Shown: piece after piece, positions 8,856-17,589 of the stretch | Layout: every line of letters starts with the position of its first letter | How positions within the stretch are numbered: the first letter of the stretch is position 1 | Assembly: GCA_965204355.1 (NCBI GenBank) | Contig: OZ241983.1 | Span: forward strand, 210,985-274,984 | Source: Candidatus Poribacteria bacterium | GTDB lineage: Bacteria; Poribacteria; WGA-4E; PCPOR2b | DNA: 64,000 nucleotides | Direction: 5' to 3' | Notes under the pieces: generated by a model | Told to the model about the DNA's origin: nothing | The model's database searches: none | Seen by the model: only the letters and a program-made list of their open reading frames with translations | Position numbers and translations under genes: made by a program

Positions 8856-10127
8856 TCACGTTTCGCGTTCAGTTCTTTCGCCCAGCCACACCGTCCAGAG
8901 AACCGCTGGGATCACCGTCAAACCCGCCATCCACCAGAAAATTGCGGGGAGACTGAGTGAAGCGTCGAGTGCTCCGCCCGCAACCGCAGAACCGATCGCA
9001 CTCATCAGCGTGAACAGGGCAAAATCGGTGGAGAAAACCCGTCCGCGCACTTGATTGGGGGCAAGCTGCAGTAAGAGTTGTGTTGAGAACACCCAGATAA
9101 TTCCCCCGCCAATTCCCCGGAGGGTGACACCCAAAAGCACCCAGCCGAATTGGATCATCGGCGCGACGATTGCCAGTCCCACAGCGCCCATCAGATAGCC
9201 TAAAATAATAGCATACCGTAACGGACGATCCCGATCGCCGGTAAAATGACGCGCGATGATGGGACCCACTCCTGTACCAACACCGCCCATCCCAAGCATA
9301 AGACCGAGGCTGATGCCGCCGCCTTCTCCAATCACAAAAATATCTTTGGCGATGACGACCATAGCCACCTGAGATCCTGACCCCATCACCAGTGCGCTGG
9401 CGGCTTTATGAAGCGCAATGACCAGTGTATCGGTATGCTTGCCGAGATACCGTAAACCGTCGAGGTACTCCTTGACGGCAGCCCCCATGGTTTTGTCCGA
9501 CGCTGCGGGGACGGGTTTCACATCAAGTTTAATCGGAATAATGAATGCGGCGGAGAGGAGAAAGGTCAAGCCGTCGATGACAAAGGCGGGGTAGATGCCC
9601 CACGCACCGGACACTATTCCGCCGATGGCAGCGCCCACAGCGAGCATAACCGACCATGTCGCGGACCCTAAGGCGTTGGCAGCGCCAAGCCCTTGTGATG
9701 AAACTATATCGGGCAAAATTGCATTGCGTGTGGGGAAGAAGAAGCCGCTGATGCCGAGTTGGAGGGCGGTGAGGACGTAAAGTAGCCACACATGGTCGGC
9801 ACTTCGAACGAAAAGGAAGCCGAATGCCGCTACAGCACGCGTTAGGTCGGTTATGATGAGGATATTTTTGCGGTTATAGCGGTCGGCGACCACCCCGGCG
9901 ATGGGGCTGATGAAGAATGGGGCGAGCATACGGACGACGAAGAGGCTGCCGATGGCGAACCCGGACTGGGTCAGTATTGCGATGAGCGAAGCGGAAGCGA
10001 CAAAATTGAACCAATCCCCCAGCAGACTGATAATCTGTCCAAGCCAGAGCAGGCGAAAATTGCGGTTGCCGCGAATCAGTTCGCGGTATCCAATGGATTC
10101 GCTGCTGTTGGCTGTTGTTTCGCTCAA
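8856..10127 (-). CDS. MFS transporter
   Basis: 423 aa, about 12 hydrophobic segments, MFS motif-A-like GVVADRYNRKN. Confidence 0.8.
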   Translation of the reverse strand: MSETTANSSESIGYRELIRGNRNFRLLWLGQIISLLGDWFNFVASASLIAILTQSGFAIGSLFVVRMLAPFFISPIAGVVADRYNRKNILIITDLTRAVAAFGFLFVRSADHVWLLYVLTALQLGISGFFFPTRNAILPDIVSSQGLGAANALGSATWSVMLAVGAAIGGIVSGAWGIYPAFVIDGLTFLLSAAFIIPIKLDVKPVPAASDKTMGAAVKEYLDGLRYLGKHTDTLVIALHKAASALVMGSGSQVAMVVIAKDIFVIGEGGGISLGLMLGMGGVGTGVGPIIARHFTGDRDRPLRYAIILGYLMGAVGLAIVAPMIQFGWVLLGVTLRGIGGGIIWVFSTQLLLQLAPNQVRGRVFSTDFALFTLMSAIGSAVAGGALDASLSLPAIFWWMAGLTVIPAVLWTVWLGERTERET

Positions 10128-10304
10128 GGAGAATCTCCTGGGCTTCGCTGACGAACCCCGAAAATCAGATACAGAGAGAATCAGCAGATGGATTGTGAGG
10201 TTCTTTTAGCCTACCTTTTACCGGAGCAAGGAGCCTAACACCCAGAATGTCTGATAATTCGGGTTATCGGATATTATTTGACAAAGACTCAAATTTTGAA
10301 CGCA

Positions 10305-10757
10305 TCAAATTCCAAGCATTTCACGCATCTCAGCCAACAGATCATCCCCGTTGATTCGACAGATGAAGTTCAGGGCGTCGATATAATGCTTCTCCTCGCC
10401 ATCGATGTAATGCTCATATAAGGTCGCACCGAGTTTGAGCGTCGTTGCTAACGTAAGCGTGTCTTGTTTGCACGTTAGGAGACCCCGAAATTTCCAAATT
10501 GCCTGCACCATCTTCCCATAATCATCCTTTATCGGCAAGCGAATCTCTAGCTGCGTATTCGGTTTTCTTGCCTTTGACTGGATGCTCCACCCCTTTAATT
10601 CGACATCTATTGTCTTAATCTCGCCGGCCCTGAACCGTACATCTTCCGTTGCGGGATCAATATCAGGGAGGTTGATTCCCTTGATGTCTCCGCGTAGGAT
10701 GTTTCCATCAAGGAAACAACTTGCCCTCTCGCATTGTTGACGACCTAGATATACCAT
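10305..10757 (-). CDS. hypothetical protein (150 aa)
   Basis: ORF with strong AAAGGAGATAGATTATG start context. AT-rich. I recognise no family. Confidence 0.5.
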   Translation of the reverse strand: MVYLGRQQCERASCFLDGNILRGDIKGINLPDIDPATEDVRFRAGEIKTIDVELKGWSIQSKARKPNTQLEIRLPIKDDYGKMVQAIWKFRGLLTCKQDTLTLATTLKLGATLYEHYIDGEEKHYIDALNFICRINGDDLLAEMREMLGI

Positions 10758-10770
10758 AATCTATCTCCTT

Positions 10771-11046
10771 TCAGTTTATTGATTTAACCTCGACTGCGTT
10801 CTCTACAACCATTGACAGTTGAAGGAAGTCAAATTTCTCTCTTGGCATCCAAGACTGTAGTACCGTTAAAAATTGTTGACAGTCATCAAAGCTCCCCTTG
10901 AAAAGAACTTTTGGTGTTTTAACAGATACTTCCATTGTTACCACACGGTGTGTTTCAATGTCAGGATCGTTTGGAGGATTTTCCCTAATCCTTATAGAAC
11001 TCACCAAATCAAAGTTGATCATACTATCATCGGTAACAAGCCACAT
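10771..11046 (-). CDS. hypothetical protein (91 aa)
   Basis: ORF with the same AAAGGAGATAGATTATG start context as the downstream gene. I recognise no family. Confidence 0.5.
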   Translation of the reverse strand: MWLVTDDSMINFDLVSSIRIRENPPNDPDIETHRVVTMEVSVKTPKVLFKGSFDDCQQFLTVLQSWMPREKFDFLQLSMVVENAVEVKSIN

Positions 11047-11512
11047 AATCTATCTCCTTTCGGTTTATTGATTCAACATCGCTCGCAGTGTCTCCACCTT
11101 TTTTCCTTCAACGAATTAAAGCAAGAGGATCTGACCGGGCGTTTGTTGAGGGGCGAACACCTTATTAACAAAATCTTCCTCTTTACATCGCACGAGGATC
11201 TCCCAGTTGTTTTTCGCCTGTGGGATTTTATTGATTGACAAACTTTTCTGACTGAGTGCCTCTATGTACAAAGTGGGAATAAAATAAAAATTGATTTAGC
11301 TTCCCCCATTAATCCCGATGATTTCTACTCCGACAACAAGGTCGCAGGTTTCAGTGTTGTATATATACTCTTTAACGCCAGATTTGTAAGTTCTGTCCGC
11401 ACCAACCCTCCCGCCTGATGACATGGAGTATCTGAGAAATTGGCTGCCATAAGGGGGGCGTCTGGTGATTCGAGGTATTGGACATTTTAAAAATTCGACG
11501 AAAAATGAATTG

Positions 11513-12724
11513 CTAAAACACCTCAGAAATCGCTTGTGCCAGTTTCAAAGCCAGCAATGGTGGCACAGCGTTACCAACTTGCGTAAATTGACGTGCAGGC
11601 GCACCAGCAAAGACATAGCCATCGGGAAATGTTTGGAGTCTCGCGGATTCTCTGACGGATAAAGTTCTCGGAATATGAGGGTGCAAATGAGATCGTCCCC
11701 CACCTCTGCTACCACCAGCAATAACTGTTTTTGAAGGCAAATGAGGATTTATCCTATCTACCCGTCCCAATTTGTCTCGTTCGCCGTATTTTAATTCCAT
11801 GTAGCGTATAACGGATTGTGCTTGGTGTTGCCGCGTTATATGATTAGCTATGCCCGCTAAAGGTTTCTCTAACGCTTTAGCAGCGGCTACCCCTTTAACT
11901 TCTTTAGCAGGAAAATTGAAGTTTTTTTCTGTGCAAGTGCCAACGATAAATATGCGGTGACGATGTTGCGGCACTCCGTAATCAGCAGCGTTTAGAATAG
12001 CTTTTGTCACCTTATAGCCAGTTTCTCGTAAAGTCTTAATAGCTTTCGTGATCTGATAGCCTCTATCAATAGAAAGTAATCCTACAACATTTTCAATTAA
12101 AAACGCTCTTGGTTTTAATTCTTTTATGTACCATATAAACTCAAAAAGCAAATTACCAAACTCATCGTGTTGGAATCCTATCCGCTTAAAATTACCTCCG
12201 TTTTTTGAGAATCTTTGGTTAGCAGCAACACTGAAAGATTGACAGGGTGGCCCTCCGTGAAAGACACCCTCAAAAGGTAATTTGACGCCTATTTTATTTT
12301 TGAGTATATCCATTATTTCTTCTTTATTACAAACATCCCCACTATTGTCTGGTGGTCCGATAATGTTCCAATGTTTGTTGTTCTGTCGCAACGTATCACA
12401 GAAAGTTTTTTTTATTTCAATGGAAGCGAGATGGTTAAATCCAGCAAAATCGAATCCCATTTCTAAACCACCAGCACCAGAAAAGAAGCCAATAGCGGGA
12501 ATTTGGCAAGTAGGAGAATTATAGTCCTCTGGAGTTTTATAATCAAGCGAAGCATCTAATCCATTTGAAGCAAATATATCACCGCTGTTCCCGCAGGAAT
12601 AGTCAGCATCATATCGGTAGCGCAAATCATCATATCCTAAACCTATTGCAGCAAGTTCTTGCGCTAGATCTAGCTCCCCTTGAATACACCTTTGCAAAAG
12701 CTCGATTTGGTCTGAAATCGTCAT
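11513..12724 (-). CDS. DNA (cytosine-5)-methyltransferase
   Basis: Canonical C5-MTase motifs in order: FSGAGGLEMGF (I), GGPPCQSFS (IV), LIENVVGLL (VI), QHRHRIFIVG (VIII), RESARLQTFPDGY (IX), GNAVPPLLA (X). Confidence 0.95.
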   Translation of the reverse strand: MTISDQIELLQRCIQGELDLAQELAAIGLGYDDLRYRYDADYSCGNSGDIFASNGLDASLDYKTPEDYNSPTCQIPAIGFFSGAGGLEMGFDFAGFNHLASIEIKKTFCDTLRQNNKHWNIIGPPDNSGDVCNKEEIMDILKNKIGVKLPFEGVFHGGPPCQSFSVAANQRFSKNGGNFKRIGFQHDEFGNLLFEFIWYIKELKPRAFLIENVVGLLSIDRGYQITKAIKTLRETGYKVTKAILNAADYGVPQHRHRIFIVGTCTEKNFNFPAKEVKGVAAAKALEKPLAGIANHITRQHQAQSVIRYMELKYGERDKLGRVDRINPHLPSKTVIAGGSRGGGRSHLHPHIPRTLSVRESARLQTFPDGYVFAGAPARQFTQVGNAVPPLLALKLAQAISEVF

Positions 12725-13908
12725 AAGATTATTTTCTCCTTTGCTTCCAGATAGACCTCATTCGCTTCAGCTTTAGAATCGAAATCTTCCTTGGAATGAG
12801 CGTTCAACCACGCTTTGTAGTAAACATGTATGCTTCTGTGACAGTTTGGGCAGACACCTGCTATATCTTCAAAAGACGTTCCTTGTGAAGTTATTGCCAG
12901 AGGGGAGGTGAGAGGCAAAATATGATGTATTTCAAGTATGTTTTCCGTCCACGGATAGCGTTGCTTAGGGTTCAACGAACACATGTCGCATAAGTGTGGC
13001 TCTGCCATAATTTCAAAGAACGTTTTTCTCAAGCGCGGGCTTCTTTCTATCCTTACATGCTCAACTCGCACCTGCTTTCCTTCTGTAAAAATCAAGTCTG
13101 TTGGAAGTTCTCGTGCTCCAATTAGAATAGGTGTAATAATTTCTTGGTCACCGGTTGCTCCGATAGCCAAAATTTCATCTGAGGGCGAGGAATTACGCTG
13201 CTGTATAATCGGTGTAGTGATAGCTTCTAGTTCCTCAATGGACTTTGAATCTTCCGGCATTACGTCAAGAAACAGCACATTTCGGTGCCATTTTAAGAAA
13301 CTAGTCTGACTGATAAAGATTAGCATTTCTCTTACTTGTCGTTTTACGGTTGGATCCGGTGTATAATTGGACTGGGATAGGTTCAAGTAGAAGTCAATGT
13401 CCTCAGTACCATCACAGTTGGCTACTACTAACGAGAAAACTTCATCTATGTCAATGCTAGCTTCTCCTCGCTGACGGAATTGAGCAATTAAATACTTGAG
13501 TATAGCACAAAACGGAAAGATTTGAGGTTTGGATGCACTATAGTCCTGGAATGCTGGGAAAGGAAAGTAAAATCTTGGAATGATGAAGGAAAAATATTCA
13601 TCAACGGTTAAAGCGGGTTTTTCTAAGCCCGCAATTCTTCGGCACAGGTCTGTAACAACAAGTAAATTTTGGTGACGCACTGCCAGTAAGCTACACGCAA
13701 AGACGCCCCTATAATTTCGCCAAACTTTATAGTGAGGCGGTGCAAAGGGTAATCCTGTTTCAACCTCAAGTAAATTTCGTAGTGGATCAAGGTTAGGAAC
13801 GTTTAGTCTAGCTCCTTCCAGATTCAAAAGGCATTTTGCGATTGTTCTAATATTGTCAAATCGAAAATATTCCAACCTACCTTGGTCCCATCTCCAATCC
13901 TGTGTCAT
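12721..13908 (-). CDS. HNH (beta-beta-alpha-Me) endonuclease, probable restriction partner of the adjacent methyltransferase
   Basis: C-terminal CDMC...EIHHILPL...CPNCHRSIH is an HNH motif flanked by Cys pairs. Its stop overlaps the MTase start (ATGA at 12721-12724). The ~300-aa N-terminal region is unassigned. Confidence 0.7.
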   Translation of the reverse strand: MTQDWRWDQGRLEYFRFDNIRTIAKCLLNLEGARLNVPNLDPLRNLLEVETGLPFAPPHYKVWRNYRGVFACSLLAVRHQNLLVVTDLCRRIAGLEKPALTVDEYFSFIIPRFYFPFPAFQDYSASKPQIFPFCAILKYLIAQFRQRGEASIDIDEVFSLVVANCDGTEDIDFYLNLSQSNYTPDPTVKRQVREMLIFISQTSFLKWHRNVLFLDVMPEDSKSIEELEAITTPIIQQRNSSPSDEILAIGATGDQEIITPILIGARELPTDLIFTEGKQVRVEHVRIERSPRLRKTFFEIMAEPHLCDMCSLNPKQRYPWTENILEIHHILPLTSPLAITSQGTSFEDIAGVCPNCHRSIHVYYKAWLNAHSKEDFDSKAEANEVYLEAKEKIIL

Positions 13909-14159
13909 TTTTGTATCAACCCCCAGTTATGTTGATTAATGCTATGAGATCCGCAAATTGTACTGCCATCGGAATTTTGGGCCAGTGTCTAAACCAAGAT
14001 TGTGATACAATATCCATCAAATTGATACGTCCCTCCTTTCAAAACTGGGAGGACTTTCTCGCCAACAAGTGCAAGATGCAATCATAAGCCAATTGCCTCC
14101 ACTCGTCGATAATGCCAAGCGTCGAACTGTTGCTCAAATTCAAAACACATTATAGTTTC

Positions 14160-14273
14160 GCTCATGTTAAGAATTAGTGCAACGGCACCCACTTGCCTCA
14201 AAAACCGTAGGCGGGGCATCTTGCCCCGCCCTTAACGCTTTCACCGTAATTGCACTCTGTTTTTACATGAGCC
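14160..14273 (-). mobile_element. MITE-like element, family D (inverted copy of 3587-3700)
   Basis: Near-identical reverse complement including both TIRs and the GCGGGGCA hairpin. Confidence 0.85.
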
Positions 14274-14515
14274 TATAGTTTTTATCCTAAGCCACCAAAA
14301 TCGTGTGGCTTGGTGCCCATGCTGAAAAATCCATTTATATCTCCTCTTTTATGATAGTTTACCCTACTTATTGCCTTGTAAAACAGGCTGTAAAGCGTTG
14401 AAAATCCCTTCCAGTTTGATTTTCATGTGATCACTCATTGTTGATTTCCCGCTTCAGCTTGGCAAGTCCAGTGACCGCCCAAGTGTATAGATGGATGTTT
14501 ATGGCAACGATAAGG

Positions 14516-14980
14516 TTATAGCCTCTTCTTGCCATTCAAGCCTTCCCAATCACCAATCATTAATGCTTGTCTTTTCCATTTCAACGCATCTCTGTATCCT
14601 AATAAATAATCTGTCTTTTCCGAAAACTCTTTAAGAAGAGCCTTATCTTCTTCTGTAACACAAAAATTCTCAAAAAGTTTATGTGCAACTTCAAGACAGT
14701 CAAATACTTGTAACAAACATTGATCAGTATCCCTGAAAAGATCCATGTACTCTGCCCTTGCTCTACGCTTCCTAAGTTGTCGCTTGAACCATGCGGGGAT
14801 ATTTGTAATTTTGCTCCAAACATTCGTAATTTTGCTCCAAACAAATTTTATTGTTTCAAGGATTTTGTTCCTTGCTGATGTGATTTGTAATATGCCAATT
14901 ATGACGGTAATTATGATGCTAATTACGCCAATTATGATGCCAATTATGTCAATTGTTACCGGGGGTATTTCTGTCGGCAT
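14516..14980 (-). CDS. single-pass membrane protein, unknown function
   Basis: ATG 14980 is preceded by AAAGGAGGTAATACT. N-terminal TM helix IDIIGIIIGVISIIITVIIGILQI, then a basic/helical cytoplasmic part. Contains a 7-aa tandem repeat VWSKITN x2. Confidence 0.6.
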   Translation of the reverse strand: MPTEIPPVTIDIIGIIIGVISIIITVIIGILQITSARNKILETIKFVWSKITNVWSKITNIPAWFKRQLRKRRARAEYMDLFRDTDQCLLQVFDCLEVAHKLFENFCVTEEDKALLKEFSEKTDYLLGYRDALKWKRQALMIGDWEGLNGKKRL

Positions 14981-15046
14981 AGTATTACCTCCTTTTATTG
15001 ATTCAATCTCGCCCGCAACCCCTCTACCATCCCCGTCCACTTTATT

Positions 15047-16039
15047 TTATTCAAAGTCCACTAGCAGCTGCGAATCATCACTACTCCGCTCTTGAAGAGT
15101 AATGCCAGGGGTGACTGAAGATTGAACATCGTCGGAAAGTATAACTGGAAAGATTTCATCTAACGCTTCCTGTATATCACCTTCAAAGGGTTGACAAGGA
15201 ATTGATAACGCCGTTAAGACCTGCTCAAACCGCTTGTAACCGTTTTCATCTCGCAGCTCCACCCAATGAATGCCTGAATCGTCGAGTTGTGCTTTATTTA
15301 GGTCGGAGAGTTTATCCGCAACAAAAACTTGGCTGCTACGGGCATGTACGGCATCCGCACTTTCCGGATTCCCTCTGTCCATCAGTTTTGCTTCGCAACG
15401 GTGCCTTAATCCTGCATCATCGACCATATAGAAATCCGCCTCACGTTCCACTTCGCTTGTTGAAGCAGAAGGAACAGATTGATTAAAATACCTGAGTGGA
15501 ACACGGAATAGGGCACAAAGTGTCCCCATCAACGGTTTCTCAACCTGTTTTCCTGTTGTACTCCATAATCCACCTCGCAACGCGGCGCGTTTGACGGCAA
15601 GCGTATTAATAATGATTAAACTTTCGTTAATATTGAGATCAACACTGACCGTCCGAAATTTTATTGTCAAGGTGGCATCAATATCGCTTTGTTCCGTCAA
15701 ATCCTGAATCGCATTGAGTAAGACATCATAATGATCTCTGGATGCGTCAAGTACAATTTCTTTCCGTAAAGAGTTATGCATATTCGAGATCGTTTTCATA
15801 TCCAAGCTGGGAGGTACAGCGATATCCGATGGTTGAAGTTCTGGATTGAGAAATTCTTCTTTGTACCAATCAATTGTTGCAGTCCCATTTTTCAACTTTG
15901 TATGAACAACGCGACCGAAAAATTCGATGATATATTGCAAAAATTCTGCGTCAATGAGCGCGGCGATCTCGGCGCGGTAGTCCTTGCCTGCCAACAATTT
16001 ACGTATAATATTTTTTATAACAGCACCGGTGATAGTCAT
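15047..16039 (-). CDS. PD-(D/E)xK-type nuclease-like protein, unknown family (330 aa)
   Basis: Candidate catalytic motif EVEREADFYMVDDAGLRHRCEAKLM (D ... E-x-K spacing typical of restriction-endonuclease fold). Sits directly upstream of, and co-oriented with, the membrane protein gene. Confidence 0.55.
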   Translation of the reverse strand: MTITGAVIKNIIRKLLAGKDYRAEIAALIDAEFLQYIIEFFGRVVHTKLKNGTATIDWYKEEFLNPELQPSDIAVPPSLDMKTISNMHNSLRKEIVLDASRDHYDVLLNAIQDLTEQSDIDATLTIKFRTVSVDLNINESLIIINTLAVKRAALRGGLWSTTGKQVEKPLMGTLCALFRVPLRYFNQSVPSASTSEVEREADFYMVDDAGLRHRCEAKLMDRGNPESADAVHARSSQVFVADKLSDLNKAQLDDSGIHWVELRDENGYKRFEQVLTALSIPCQPFEGDIQEALDEIFPVILSDDVQSSVTPGITLQERSSDDSQLLVDFE

Positions 16040-16170
16040 CGTTCTTCTTCCTTGTTGAGTGTCGTTCTGAATTCAGCCAAGTTAAAACATCTGGGATTGA
16101 TAGTATTATGGTAGATTTTAGAATTAATTGGACACTGTGAACGAGCAAGGTCAGGACTTTGTGCGCGGAG

Positions 16171-16197
16171 TTACGGCACACGGAGTGTGCCTACTAC
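16171..16197 (-). repeat. GTAG-hairpin repeat family 3 (GTAGTAG-GCACAC-TCCG-GTGTGCC-GTAA on minus strand)
   Basis: Copies at 22299-22325 and 23330-23356. Confidence 0.8.
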
Positions 16198-16224
16198 TTT
16201 TAATGTTTACTTATTTATCTAATT

Positions 16225-16468
16225 GAGGGGTGTGCATAAATCACTTTCGTATGGGAGAGTGCAATCTGCGATTCAGACAGATGGCACATGTCGCCCCGCT
16301 GGGGCTTTGGGGGATGGGGCTATCGGTATGCTATAAACATGTCGCCCCGCTGGGGCTAAATGCCCCCTGTCCCTTTCTAAAATAGTCCCGTTTCACTTTC
16401 CAGTGTGTATCCAGAAAATCCTTAAATCCTGAGAATCCTGATTCAGACAATAATGATGCACACCCCTC
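16225..16468 (+). mobile_element. MITE-like element, family F (244 bp; TIR GAGGGGTGTGCAT...ATGCACACCCCTC)
   Basis: Perfect 13-bp terminal inverted repeats. Contains two CATGTCGCCCCGCTGGGGCT hairpins. Second copy at 16671-16897. Confidence 0.85.
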
Positions 16469-16670
16469 ATCTAATTCACCATAATTAGCATTGGGTTATC
16501 TCCAGTTCATCATGATAGTTTACTCTACTACGGACTCATTTAGGGGTAATGCCAATTGCTTGTTTTCGCTTATGAATTATACCACAAAATGCTTTGCTTA
16601 ACCCCGATCTATTGGGGTTTGGACTTTAGCCCCAAAGGAGTTTTTAGTATGGTGAATTTTATAATTGCTT

Positions 16671-16897
16671 GAGGTGTGCATAAATCGCTTTCGTGTGGGA
16701 GATCAATCTGCGATTCAGTCGCCCCGCTGGGGCTTTGGGGTATGGGGCTATCCGGTATGCTATAAACATGTCGCCCCTCCGGGGCTAAATGCACCCTGTC
16801 CCTTTCTAAAATAGTCCCGTTTGACGTTCCGGTTTCTATCCTGAAAATCCTTAAATCCTGAGAATCCTGATTCAGACAATAATGATGCACACCCCTC
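16671..16897 (+). mobile_element. MITE-like element, family F, second copy (227 bp)
   Basis: Colinear with 16225-16468 with small indels. The track ORF 16609-16899 lies inside it and is not credible coding sequence. Confidence 0.85.
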
Positions 16898-17138
16898 AAT
16901 TACTTATACACTTTCGATACACAATCAACCCCCTAAATCCTCTAACCCCCTAAATCCCCCTTGTCAGGGGGACTTGGGAAACTCAGGGGGACTTTAGCAA
17001 CTTCGTGAAGGTCGGAGTTGTTGGTAAATGTCTATTTATTTCTCTAATTCATCAAGGTAGGAGTTACGCACTTCATTGCGCGTCCGGACGGGGGATGAAG
17101 CAACGGGCGGCTACAATCTGAAGTGTACAAGCCGCCCT

Positions 17139-17276
17139 GATGTCACAAAATGTCACATATTCTCACATATTTTGCATATTTTCGTTAGTCTTGGGACGGA
17201 CCGTTGATGAACATTAGCTTTGATTTTGATCAGATGTCACAAAATGTCACACATTCTCACATATCCTCACATATTT
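17139..17276 (+). repeat. direct repeat pair GATGTCACAAAATGTCACA(T/C)ATTCTCACATAT.. separated by about 60 bp
   Basis: Copies at 17139-17173 and 17233-17276. Followed by tandem GTGCGTTTTA x2 at 17288-17310. Confidence 0.8.
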
Positions 17277-17589
17277 TTTACTTGAGTGTGCGTTTTAGTG
17301 CGTTTTAGTGAGGTGGTTTGGGTTTCTGAAACCTGATTTATGCCGTTCCCCCGATACATCGGTTCCGTTCCGTTTCACCAGAATCCCGAGAATCGGAAGA
17401 TCCTCCCTGATAGATTGGGAGTCCGTGCCCCCGATAAATCCCCAATGAATCGAGGCAGGCAAGCCCAGGCAGAATAGGGCTCACTACGCGGGATCGGGGA
17501 TTAACAGATTGTCAGGATCATAGCTGATAGCCGCTTCTGCCATTTGTGATTTCTATTTTAACATATCGGAATAGCATGTTGCAAACAAA

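Noticed and set aside
13909-14515. Small ORFs (15-33 codons) between the HNH gene and the membrane-protein gene as possible R-M controller (C) protein
   Set aside because: They are too short for an HTH controller protein and have no helix-turn-helix-like sequence. Part of the region is a family-D MITE.
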